Positions 17,366 to 25,598 of a DNA stretch of 64,000 nucleotides are shown here, one piece after another. Both the position numbers and the translations under genes were made by a program. Under the pieces are notes generated by a model that saw only the letters and a program-made list of their open reading frames with translations, ran no database searches and was not told the origin of the DNA. The stretch is from a virus (lineage: Duplodnaviria > Caudoviricetes). Position 1 is the stretch's first letter, and each line of letters opens with the position of its first letter. Where the stretch lies: positions 1 through 64,000 of the IMG/VR virus record IMGVR_UViG_3300003962_000002; one strand, 5' to 3'.

Positions 17366-19062
17366 AAAACTTTCTAAACCCAATGCTACTTGCAGATTTT
17401 TATAAACTAAGCCACAGGCTTATGTATCCCGAAGGAACTCAATCCGTATATAGTACTTGGACCCCTCGTACTAGTCGTATCGCCGAGATCGACGAAGTAG
17501 TGGTGTTTGGTATTAGAGCTTTTATTCAAGAGTATTTGATCGATTATTTCAACGAACAATTTTTCGATGTTCCTAAAAAGGACATTGTTGATGAATATAA
17601 ACGAATTGTTTCTTCTACTCTAGGAGTACAAGATCCAGACACATCTCACATCGAAGCTCTTCATGATCTGGGATATTTACCTTTGACTATCGAAGCTTTG
17701 CCCGAAGGCACAAAAGTACCTTTGAGAACTCCCATCATGACTATTGAGAATACCCTACCTGAGTTTTTCTGGCTCACCAACTACATTGAAACTCTAGCTT
17801 CTTGTTCTTTGTGGCAAGCTAGTACCTCAGCTACCATCGCTGACAAGTATCGTCAAATTCTCGAAGAAGCTGCAATGAAGACGGTTGGTAATATTGACTT
17901 TGTTCCTTTTCAAGGTCACGACTTCTCTATGCGAGGTATGAGTAGTTTGTCTTCTGCTGTAAGTAGTGGTATGGGGCATCTTCTCTCTTTCTGTGGTACT
18001 GATACCATCCCAGCTATTCAAGCTGCCGAACACTTTTACGATGCGGACGTAACAAAAGAGCTAGTAGGAACCTCTATCCCAGCCTCGGAACACAGTATCG
18101 AATGTTCGTATGGTGATGATATGAAATATCTAGAAACACTCATTACTAAAATTCATCCAGAAGGATTTGTTTCTATTGTTAGTGATGGTTATGATTTCTG
18201 GGACGTTATTGGTCGAGTTATTCCAGAGCTAAAAGATAAAATTATGGCTCGTAATGGTAAAGTAGTCATTCGTCCAGATAGTGGAGACCCAGTTAAAATT
18301 GTGTGTGGAGAAGTCTTTCCAGAATTTAAAACGTTGGAAGAAGCTAAGGATAGAGCTTTAGATATCTTAGAAGAGCGAGCTTCGGAAGATTGTGAAGGTT
18401 CTTATAATGTGGGGAATGCTGAATATTCCTTAAACGTAAAAATACAAGATAAGTATTTTAAAATTACGTGTAAATTCGAATACAACCGTCATGACAAAAC
18501 GTATTATTACGTAGACAAACGAGAACTAAAATCAATCGAAGAGTTTATTCCTACGTTAGAACAAAAAGGAGCCGTCGAAGCTCTGTGGGACATCTTCGGA
18601 GGTACGACAACCGAGAAAGGTTATAAACTCCTAGACTCCCATATCGGATTAATCTACGGAGATGCGATCACCATCAACCGAGCCAAAGAGATCATCTCCA
18701 AACTTGAACAAAAAGGCTTTGCCTCAATCAACGTAGTATTTGGGATTGGATCATACACTTACCAATACAACACTCGTGATACTTTTGGTTTTGCTTTAAA
18801 ATCCACTCATTGCGTTATTAATGGTGAAGAGAAGATGATTTTTAAAGATCCAAAAACAGACAACGGAGTTAAGAAGTCTCAAAAAGGTCGAGTAGAGGTT
18901 TGTAAAGATGAGGCGGGAAAGATCGTAACCTTAGACAGTCGTTCTAATATAGATTTAATCCCAAATGATTCTATATTTGAACTGGTGTTTCATGATGGAG
19001 TAGGCGACACTATGCCAGATAATTTCTCAACAATTCGTAAACGTTTAAGAGGCGAAGCATGA
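17362..19062 (+). CDS. nicotinamide phosphoribosyltransferase-like protein (putative Namat)
   Basis: ADFYKLSH, HDFSMRG, GTDT, PASEHS, SIVSDGYD, IRPDSGDP, IYGDAI, FGIGS, KKSQKG. Confidence 0.93.
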   Translation: MKNFLNPMLLADFYKLSHRLMYPEGTQSVYSTWTPRTSRIAEIDEVVVFGIRAFIQEYLIDYFNEQFFDVPKKDIVDEYKRIVSSTLGVQDPDTSHIEALHDLGYLPLTIEALPEGTKVPLRTPIMTIENTLPEFFWLTNYIETLASCSLWQASTSATIADKYRQILEEAAMKTVGNIDFVPFQGHDFSMRGMSSLSSAVSSGMGHLLSFCGTDTIPAIQAAEHFYDADVTKELVGTSIPASEHSIECSYGDDMKYLETLITKIHPEGFVSIVSDGYDFWDVIGRVIPELKDKIMARNGKVVIRPDSGDPVKIVCGEVFPEFKTLEEAKDRALDILEERASEDCEGSYNVGNAEYSLNVKIQDKYFKITCKFEYNRHDKTYYYVDKRELKSIEEFIPTLEQKGAVEALWDIFGGTTTEKGYKLLDSHIGLIYGDAITINRAKEIISKLEQKGFASINVVFGIGSYTYQYNTRDTFGFALKSTHCVINGEEKMIFKDPKTDNGVKKSQKGRVEVCKDEAGKIVTLDSRSNIDLIPNDSIFELVFHDGVGDTMPDNFSTIRKRLRGEA

Positions 19063-19424
19063 AACAGTATAAAACTTTTGAAGACTTGCCAATAGGAACG
19101 GTAATAAAATTAAAAAGTGGTGAAACTGTTCACGTTAGAAATAAGAATGATATTTTTGGAATCTACGTAGCAAATATAGAAGGTACTGTTCACGCAACCT
19201 TCTATCCTTCTGAAAAGTTGAAAGATGTTGGAGCAAAAGTATTAGGAAAACTAGACTTAAATAAACTAGAAGAGGCGGTTTTTCTAAGAACAGAAAAATT
19301 GTTTTATCACGAAGTTTTTGTACGTACTACAGAAGAAAGATTGGACTTAGTCAATGAAATTGAGAGACTATTACTCGCCATACAAATTCTAGAACAACAA
19401 ACCTCTCACAACCTAACTGTTTAA
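19059..19424 (+). CDS. hypothetical protein
   Basis: ATGA-coupled 121-aa ORF. Confidence 0.65.
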   Translation: MKQYKTFEDLPIGTVIKLKSGETVHVRNKNDIFGIYVANIEGTVHATFYPSEKLKDVGAKVLGKLDLNKLEEAVFLRTEKLFYHEVFVRTTEERLDLVNEIERLLLAIQILEQQTSHNLTV

Positions 19425-19435
19425 GGAGTCGATAA

Positions 19436-19681
19436 ATGAATGGTCTTTTATTTTACGGGTTGATTGTTCTGTTGTTTATTGTGGTGTTTTCTGTCGGCAT
19501 AGAATTGGACAAAAAGAAAAAGCCAGAGGATTATATTAATATATCAAACTCCGATTTACAATTTGCTGTTATTTTTGCGGCTGTGATTTGGCCAGCGGTA
19601 ATCTTGATGAGTTTTGTCACTTCCTTATATACAATTGGACGTTGGGTAGGTAAAAAATTGGTAGAAGGGGGCTCACCGTGA
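19436..19681 (+). CDS. two-TM membrane protein
   Basis: RBS aaggag; two hydrophobic segments. Confidence 0.7.
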   Translation: MNGLLFYGLIVLLFIVVFSVGIELDKKKKPEDYINISNSDLQFAVIFAAVIWPAVILMSFVTSLYTIGRWVGKKLVEGGSP

Positions 19682-20025
19682 GTATTGGTAATTCTGACGA
19701 GTCCTTTAAATATAGAGTATCACAAATAAAAGATCCTGTAGAAATGTTAGAGGTTTTACTGGAAAAAAGCGGCTTTTTTGGAGATCCTTATTATGGAGAT
19801 TTAAACCTAGCTATGTGGGACCAAGCGCAGGTGATTATTTCTGCTAAAAAAGCTGAGGAGCGAAAGAAGAGGAAGGCGAAGGAGTACGCTTCCCGAATCA
19901 ACGGCGAAGATAAAGATAAGATTCGAACCTACAAAGGTCCTTCGAATGAAGTTATAATCCAAACTCTGATAGAAGCTGGATACTCTAAAGAAGAGGCAGA
20001 AGAAGCGGTAAGGAATACTATATGA
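19678..20025 (+). CDS. hypothetical protein
   Basis: GTGA overlap; 115 aa. Confidence 0.65.
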   Translation: MSIGNSDESFKYRVSQIKDPVEMLEVLLEKSGFFGDPYYGDLNLAMWDQAQVIISAKKAEERKKRKAKEYASRINGEDKDKIRTYKGPSNEVIIQTLIEAGYSKEEAEEAVRNTI

Positions 20026-20216
20026 CTAAATATGGCTATGTTTGTAGAACCGACTTTGTTCATGAGTTTGGAGAGGACGGAGGCTCTATGCCTGTGTATC
20101 CATCTCTAGAAGAACTCAAGAAACATCGAAAATGTATTGCCGTTTGTGGTTGGGTTAAGGTAAGATTAGAAATGGAAGAAGAAGTATTAGGTGATGAGGG
20201 AGTATATGATCTTTAA
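20022..20216 (+). CDS. hypothetical protein
   Basis: ATGA overlap; 64 aa. Confidence 0.65.
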   Translation: MTKYGYVCRTDFVHEFGEDGGSMPVYPSLEELKKHRKCIAVCGWVKVRLEMEEEVLGDEGVYDL

Positions 20217-20529
20217 AGTGGGAGATAAAGTAAGACGAGGCACTGGAGAAATCGGCACAGTGGTGTCTATCGCCCACCCATCCTTTTCTGGCAATTGTAT
20301 TGCTGTGCAGTATGAGCGTCAGTGGGTTGAATATATGCCGGACGGCAGGTGGGGCAACTTTAACAAGAGAAGTAGTTACGACGTCGCTTCCATTATTCGT
20401 CCTGGTAAAACAGAACTTATTACAGAAGCTAACTACCATGAAATAGAAGCCGCCAGAAGCGATAAAGCCTTCGACGACCTACTAAACATGGATGTATTAT
20501 ATAAAGAGTTGGGAGGACAACGTGACTAA
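20206..20529 (+). CDS. hypothetical protein with SH3-like N-terminus
   Basis: FKVGDKVRRGTGEIGTVVSI pattern; start after gaggg RBS. Confidence 0.65.
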   Translation: MIFKVGDKVRRGTGEIGTVVSIAHPSFSGNCIAVQYERQWVEYMPDGRWGNFNKRSSYDVASIIRPGKTELITEANYHEIEAARSDKAFDDLLNMDVLYKELGGQRD

Positions 20530-20710
20530 AACTTGTGAAGAGTGGAGTAAGTCTAAAGACTTTGTGGGACTTGAGATCATCACAGAATTCAATAACGAAA
20601 ACTACATTCATTCTCTAGGTTATTTGTGGAAATACGAACCAGTAGAGAAAGAAGAGTTTATTAGGCGTTTATCTTTTATACAACATAAATGGAGTTTTCC
20701 AAAACTATGA
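20492..20710 (+). CDS. hypothetical protein
   Basis: Small ORF; true start may be the GTG at 20522. Confidence 0.5.
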   Translation: MYYIKSWEDNVTKTCEEWSKSKDFVGLEIITEFNNENYIHSLGYLWKYEPVEKEEFIRRLSFIQHKWSFPKL

Positions 20711-21384
20711 TCATCACCGAAAAAGACGTAGGTAGAGAGGTCGTAACTTCTCACGGAGCAAAAGGAGTTATAGTTGCGGTAGAAGACCACGCTACTGTCA
20801 ATATCTTCACGCCACACTCGGTCTACCCAGACGGTTATGTTTATGATTGTGGAACTTGGACTTATGCTCTTGATGGAACTTTCCCTTCAATGGGTAGAAA
20901 AGGTACAGATTGTATGAACCTTCATTTTGTCGACGAACAACCACAACCAGAAGAAGTTAAACAAGAACCAGAACGAGCTATGCGGTTTAATAGTAATAAA
21001 TTTGGAATTAACCTTCTACCTTTGGACGGTATTATTGAATTAGTTCGAGTCTATACTGTAGGAGCTTTTAAATACAAACCTAACAATTGGCTTAAAGGTA
21101 TGCCTTGGGAAGAGTGCGCAGCCTCTCTAGACAGACATTGGTTCAAGTGGAGGTGCGGCCACAACGTAGATCCTGATACGGGATGTCACCACCTAGCTCA
21201 CGTAATGTGGAACGCATTGACTTTATTGGTATATCAACTTAGAGGTATTGGAAAAGACGACAGAACTAAAATAAACATTGACGACGACTTTAATTTAGTG
21301 CATAATCCATTAGGTATTGGACTCAGTCCAGAAAAACTGGAAGAGTTACAAAATAAGTATAAAAAACAACGAGGAGAAGAATGA
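20707..21384 (+). CDS. dATP/dGTP diphosphohydrolase-like (DUF5664) protein with SH3-like N-terminal extension
   Basis: RFNSNK..LLP...VGAFKYKPNNWLKGM...SLDRH...DPDTGCHHLAHVMWNAL. Confidence 0.85.
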   Translation: MIITEKDVGREVVTSHGAKGVIVAVEDHATVNIFTPHSVYPDGYVYDCGTWTYALDGTFPSMGRKGTDCMNLHFVDEQPQPEEVKQEPERAMRFNSNKFGINLLPLDGIIELVRVYTVGAFKYKPNNWLKGMPWEECAASLDRHWFKWRCGHNVDPDTGCHHLAHVMWNALTLLVYQLRGIGKDDRTKINIDDDFNLVHNPLGIGLSPEKLEELQNKYKKQRGEE

Positions 21385-21620
21385 TGTTGACCGCTCAAGA
21401 ACTAAGTGCTAAGTACGAAAAAGAACAGACCAAACGTTTCCGAGCCATTAAAGGAGTAGCTACTCGTATCCTTAAGTGTGCAAAAGCTGGCCTAACTCGT
21501 ACCGATCTAGAGGTGGCCTTGGTTTGTGTGGACGAGATCGAAGCTGAACTTAAAGCAGCAGGATACCAGACTTCAGTTGTAAAGACTAAGAAAGTCGCTA
21601 ACTTGACAGTATCCTGGTAA
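21381..21620 (+). CDS. hypothetical protein
   Basis: ATGA-coupled 79-aa ORF. Confidence 0.65.
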   Translation: MMLTAQELSAKYEKEQTKRFRAIKGVATRILKCAKAGLTRTDLEVALVCVDEIEAELKAAGYQTSVVKTKKVANLTVSW

Positions 21621-21624
21621 TACA

Positions 21625-21954
21625 ATGTGGTCGGTCTACCTTCTATGGAATCCTGTATACAAAAGAACCTATATTGGTTGTACAACGGACGTAAATAGAA
21701 GGTTAAGACAGCACAATGGAGAGGTCAAAGGAGGAGCTAAAAGTACAAGGAAGTACTCTCCCTTTTGGAAGGTAGAAATGGTTATAGAAGGGTTCGATGG
21801 TAGGAGTTCAGCAATGAGGTGGGAAAAGATCCTCAAATCTCGATCCAGAGGGCTTAAACAACGACGAGAATCGTTTATAATGGTCGGGGATAGAGGAGAG
21901 TGCCCTCCGGGTAAGAAATACGACGTACCTTTAAATTTGAGGCTTAAACAGTGA
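21625..21954 (+). CDS. GIY-YIG endonuclease (SLX1-like)
   Basis: VYLL...TYIGCTTDVNRRLRQHNG..KGGAKST...A.RWE. Confidence 0.9.
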   Translation: MWSVYLLWNPVYKRTYIGCTTDVNRRLRQHNGEVKGGAKSTRKYSPFWKVEMVIEGFDGRSSAMRWEKILKSRSRGLKQRRESFIMVGDRGECPPGKKYDVPLNLRLKQ

Positions 21955-22484
21955 CTACAGTAATTAATTTATATGGCGGTCCGGGTACTGGTAAAAGTAC
22001 CTATGCCGCCTTTCTTTTTTCTTTGCTAAAGCAAAAAGGACTTGACGCAGAATTAGTAACGGAGTATGTTAAGCAGTGGGCGTGGGACGGCAAACAACCC
22101 GTAAACTACGACCAATTTTATTTGTTTGGCAAACAAGCTAAGAAAGAATATAGTTTGTTTGGTAAAGTAGATTACGTGGTCACGGATTCTCCAATGCTGG
22201 TTTGTGCTTATTATTCCGGGTTATATGGTACTCCAGAACAAGGGACATTGTTTAGGCATATGTACCAAACTTATATTAAAATGTGTGAAGCTAGTGGCGT
22301 GGAGATTAAACATTACTTCTTAAAGAGGTTGAAGCCTTATAATCCTAAAGGTAGGTTTCAAAATGAACAACAAGCCAAAGATATTGATTTAGAGTTGAAG
22401 ATTTTTATGAAGTCGCTAGGGATTAAGTTTGAAGAGATTGACGGATCTAAAGAAGCTTTGGAACAATTGAGTGAGAGGTTTTAA
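21951..22484 (+). CDS. P-loop kinase (AAA_28/NadR-kinase-like)
   Basis: INLYGGPGTGKST, ELVTEYVK, VVTDSP, YNPKGRFQ. Confidence 0.8.
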   Translation: MTTVINLYGGPGTGKSTYAAFLFSLLKQKGLDAELVTEYVKQWAWDGKQPVNYDQFYLFGKQAKKEYSLFGKVDYVVTDSPMLVCAYYSGLYGTPEQGTLFRHMYQTYIKMCEASGVEIKHYFLKRLKPYNPKGRFQNEQQAKDIDLELKIFMKSLGIKFEEIDGSKEALEQLSERF

Positions 22485-22696
22485 TGAAATTTAAGGTCAC
22501 AGAAATTACTGATGAAAAGGGTCGCAAGTTTTACAAAGCCAAAGTAAGACGCTATGGCATATGGTGTGATGTTTGTGATTTTCGAGGGAACAACCTTACA
22601 ACTTCTGTGGAAGCTTTAGAGTATTTGTGTAAGGAATACCTTATTCGTAATAGAAAAAGGAAAGACAAATCTTACTGGATGGAGGTCAACCTATGA
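22484..22696 (+). CDS. hypothetical protein
   Basis: TAATG overlap; 70 aa. Confidence 0.65.
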   Translation: MKFKVTEITDEKGRKFYKAKVRRYGIWCDVCDFRGNNLTTSVEALEYLCKEYLIRNRKRKDKSYWMEVNL

Positions 22697-23016
22697 GTTT
22701 AGATATATATTTCTATAATGAAAAAGATGAGTATCTTGGTTCCAACAACGTAACTCATAATCTCAGCACTATGGCGGGCGTTGTGGGTTTGTATAAGTGT
22801 TTGTGGTATCCTGAGAAATTAAAGATCACTAGAGCAAAAGAATTGTTACCTCGTTTGGTGTCAGGGCTAAGCAAACTTATTTATTGTAAAGATGAGTGCA
22901 AAATTCATGACTCGAATGATGGGTGGGGAAATTATGAGACCTTTGTTAGATTTGTAACTGAGATTATTGCTTTTTGTGTAGAAAATCCAAACGCAATTAT
23001 AAAGGTTTCACGATGA
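22693..23016 (+). CDS. hypothetical phage protein
   Basis: MSLDIY..NVTHNL..MA...NGWG-like pattern; RBS ggagg. Confidence 0.7.
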   Translation: MSLDIYFYNEKDEYLGSNNVTHNLSTMAGVVGLYKCLWYPEKLKITRAKELLPRLVSGLSKLIYCKDECKIHDSNDGWGNYETFVRFVTEIIAFCVENPNAIIKVSR

Positions 23017-23089
23017 AAAAATGTATAGAGGATTTTAAAAAAAAGTTATTAGAAGATCAGTTTAGACGTGCTTTTAGGAGACCATTCTA

Positions 23090-23980
23090 ATGACTATTTC
23101 CGCAAGAATAGAAAAAGATAGTATTAGTCCTAATGGAGATAGAATAACTACGTTTGTTCTTACTTATCCGAGATTCATTCATTCAGAATTTATGACGCAC
23201 CGAATGTTTAGTCGAAATGCTTCTAGTTCTAGGGCCATTCCTTTTGAAAAACAAGTACAGATGATTTTGGATGATACGGCTATGCCTATATCTTTTTCTA
23301 AAAACAAAAAAGGTATGCAAGCCAACGAAGATATTGACGATCAAGAAGAAGCAAAACGAGTGTGGTTAGAAGCTAGAGATAAAGCGATAGAAGAGGCCAC
23401 CAAACTTCACAGGTTAGGAGTCCATAAACAACACGTAAACCGACTTCTAGAGCCTTTTATGCACATCACAGTAGTATGTACTGCGACCGAATATAATAAC
23501 TTCTTCGCCCTAAGATATCATAGTATGGCTCAACCAGAACTACAAGAATTGGCTAGACAAATGTGGAAATTGTATAGAAGCCACAAACCTAGACCAACAA
23601 GGGAAGGAGAATGGCACTTACCTTTTATTAAAAGAGAAGATATAATAAAAATACGAAAGGCTTTGGATTTGCGAGCAATTGAAATAAATAGTGAATATCC
23701 TAAAATAATTGAGCCACTATATACGATTTTGAGTAAATTGTCGGTAGCTCGATGCGCCAGAGTCAGTTATCTTAATCATGATGGTACTGCTCCAACTTTG
23801 GAACAAGACTTAGAGTTATACGAACGTCTTGTAGGAGGTAGTCCAAAACATAGTTCTCCAGCAGAACATCAAGCTACGCCACTACAAGGCATCTGGAGCG
23901 GTAATTTTTTTGGGTGGAAACAATATCGTAAAACGTTAATTGACGAATGTATCTACGAATTTGAAGGTCCATTAGGATAA
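23090..23980 (+). CDS. thyX: flavin-dependent thymidylate synthase
   Basis: YPRFIHSEFMTHRMFSRNASSSRAIP, HKQHVNRLLEPF, FFALR, QPE. Confidence 0.85.
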   Translation: MTISARIEKDSISPNGDRITTFVLTYPRFIHSEFMTHRMFSRNASSSRAIPFEKQVQMILDDTAMPISFSKNKKGMQANEDIDDQEEAKRVWLEARDKAIEEATKLHRLGVHKQHVNRLLEPFMHITVVCTATEYNNFFALRYHSMAQPELQELARQMWKLYRSHKPRPTREGEWHLPFIKREDIIKIRKALDLRAIEINSEYPKIIEPLYTILSKLSVARCARVSYLNHDGTAPTLEQDLELYERLVGGSPKHSSPAEHQATPLQGIWSGNFFGWKQYRKTLIDECIYEFEGPLG

Positions 23981-23983
23981 AAT

Positions 23984-24244
23984 ATGGCCGACATAATAGA
24001 TCTACATGAAAAAAGACGTTCCAAGCTTCCCAAAGAAACACTTAGGCTGTATACTTTTGGAACCGAACTAGATAAACTGTTTATTCAACACCTAAGTGAC
24101 GGAGCCAAACAATCTGACCTAGCGGTTGTTTGCGCTCATAGACTAGGAGAATTACTTAGAACTTTAGACGAAAATATCAAAGACGATATAATAGATTTGT
24201 CTGTTGACGTATTACTAAAACGATCAGGAGTAAACGATGTCTAG
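23984..24244 (+). CDS. hypothetical protein
   Basis: 86-aa ORF in the operon. Confidence 0.65.
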   Translation: MADIIDLHEKRRSKLPKETLRLYTFGTELDKLFIQHLSDGAKQSDLAVVCAHRLGELLRTLDENIKDDIIDLSVDVLLKRSGVNDV

Positions 24245-24434
24245 TCGAGTTACAAAATATCCTTATAAAATACATAAGACGATATTAATACCTTATGAGG
24301 CTGACGATAAACATATATTAGAATTGGTTGGTGAAAAATCCTCAACAATACTAGCTTCATATCCTATTGTCAATAAAGGCCGACAAGAAACAGCCTATAT
24401 CATAGAGACCACAAAACACTACGAGGTAGACTAA
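24237..24434 (+). CDS. hypothetical protein
   Basis: RBS aggag; 65 aa. Confidence 0.6.
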   Translation: MSSRVTKYPYKIHKTILIPYEADDKHILELVGEKSSTILASYPIVNKGRQETAYIIETTKHYEVD

Positions 24435-24865
24435 TGCCTAAGTTAGTCATAATGCGAGGTTTGCCAGCGTCAGGAAAGACTTTATACTCCTTTGGATTAG
24501 TCAAACAAGGATATAAACGAATTAACTTCGACGACTTACGGTTAATGATGGATAATGGAGAATACTCCAAAGCTAACGAAGCTTTTGTAGTTGATTGCGC
24601 TCAAACCATGACCGTACTAGCTTTGCAATCAGGGCTTAATGTAGTTTATGATAATGTTAACTTTAATCCATATCATATTCAATGGGCAAGAGCCTTAACT
24701 AAACAACTCAATGCGGAGTTGGAGATAGTTGATATGACTACTTCTTTGGAAGAGTGTTTGGAGCGAGATTTAAACAGAACTAGTGGTAGAGTTGGTAAAT
24801 CTGTTATTTTAAAACTTTATGATAAGTATTTTGTTGACGGGAAGTATCCAGAGGTGATATTATGA
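24434..24865 (+). CDS. polynucleotide kinase domain (AAA_33, PseT N-terminal-like)
   Basis: MRGLPASGKT, RINFDDLR, VVYDNVN, ECLERD..R. Confidence 0.85.
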   Translation: MPKLVIMRGLPASGKTLYSFGLVKQGYKRINFDDLRLMMDNGEYSKANEAFVVDCAQTMTVLALQSGLNVVYDNVNFNPYHIQWARALTKQLNAELEIVDMTTSLEECLERDLNRTSGRVGKSVILKLYDKYFVDGKYPEVIL

Positions 24866-24990
24866 TTTGGGTGTTAGGAACTATACTTTTTGTTATCGTT
24901 GTGGAATTTGTATCAGTGGTGTTGTTTTTGTACACGCTAAATAGAATGGAACAAGAGCTAACTGGGGAGTTCGATGAGGATGAAGAGTAA
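24862..24990 (+). CDS. small single-TM protein (42 aa, not in ORF track)
   Basis: ATGA overlap; MIWVLGTILFVIVVEFVSVVLFLYTLNRMEQELTGEFDEDEE. Confidence 0.55.
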   Translation: MIWVLGTILFVIVVEFVSVVLFLYTLNRMEQELTGEFDEDEE

Positions 24991-25204
24991 TTCGACGATT
25001 GTTGAAGATTTAAAGTGTGTAAGCGTTATATCTTTGTCGATATGGGCTTTCTTTATAGGGATGCACACCATTGCTAATTGTTTAGGTATGGTGGGCACTG
25101 GAGAAGAACTGAAGAAGGACATATGTAACAAGCCTCCCCTTAGGATTGAGTATGTATTGCCGGGCCGTCAAATTTCTTGTTGGTTAATGAGGAGTCCAGA
25201 ATGA
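24974..25204 (+). CDS. small membrane protein
   Basis: Hydrophobic segment; start uncertain. Confidence 0.5.
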   Translation: MRMKSNSTIVEDLKCVSVISLSIWAFFIGMHTIANCLGMVGTGEELKKDICNKPPLRIEYVLPGRQISCWLMRSPE

Positions 25205-25473
25205 AGGTGCTTTTGTTGCTATCTTGTCTTATTAGTTGTGCCACTTCCTCCTACACTCTTAAATTCAAGATAGGAGAATGTGGTTATTTAGTGGACCCGG
25301 CCTCTGGACGAGGAAACAAAGACGATCTAGTAAGAGTTGACTCTATCTCTAAAACACATTATAATTATAGATGGATGACCTATCAGGGGGAGTGGGCTGT
25401 TGGAGTGGACAATAAAACTCATAAGAAGTTTGAACGACTATTCAAACCCATTGCATGTCCAACAGGTGAATAA
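25201..25473 (+). CDS. lipoprotein (disulfide SH3-like family member)
   Basis: MKVLLLLSCLIS-C lipobox; KIGEC...ACPTGE. Confidence 0.7.
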   Translation: MKVLLLLSCLISCATSSYTLKFKIGECGYLVDPASGRGNKDDLVRVDSISKTHYNYRWMTYQGEWAVGVDNKTHKKFERLFKPIACPTGE

Positions 25474-25598
25474 TGTATAATGATTTGGTTATGTGGTGGC
25501 TACTGACAGATCCGTTTAACGAGTTTAAAGAGAACGAATATGACGACGAAGAAGAGAGGGAGGCCGAAGAAGACGATGACTACTTTGAAATCAAATAA
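25473..25598 (+). CDS. small highly acidic peptide (41 aa, not in ORF track)
   Basis: TAATG coupling; MYNDLVMWWLLTDPFNEFKENEYDDEEEREAEEDDDYFEIK. Confidence 0.45.
   Translation: MYNDLVMWWLLTDPFNEFKENEYDDEEEREAEEDDDYFEIK

Noticed and set aside
20707-21384. Evidence for a 2-aminoadenine (Z) genome
   Set aside because: No PurZ or HD-family dATPase in the window; DUF5664 alone is widespread.
21625-21954. Free-standing GIY-YIG homing endonuclease
   Set aside because: It is short, lacks a DNA-binding tail, and carries the SLX1-like HNG..KGGAK signature, which points to a structure-specific nuclease.
21951-22484. NadR/Nmnat partner completing a NARP2 or salvage pathway
   Set aside because: Only a P-loop kinase domain is present; there is no HxGH nucleotidyltransferase motif.
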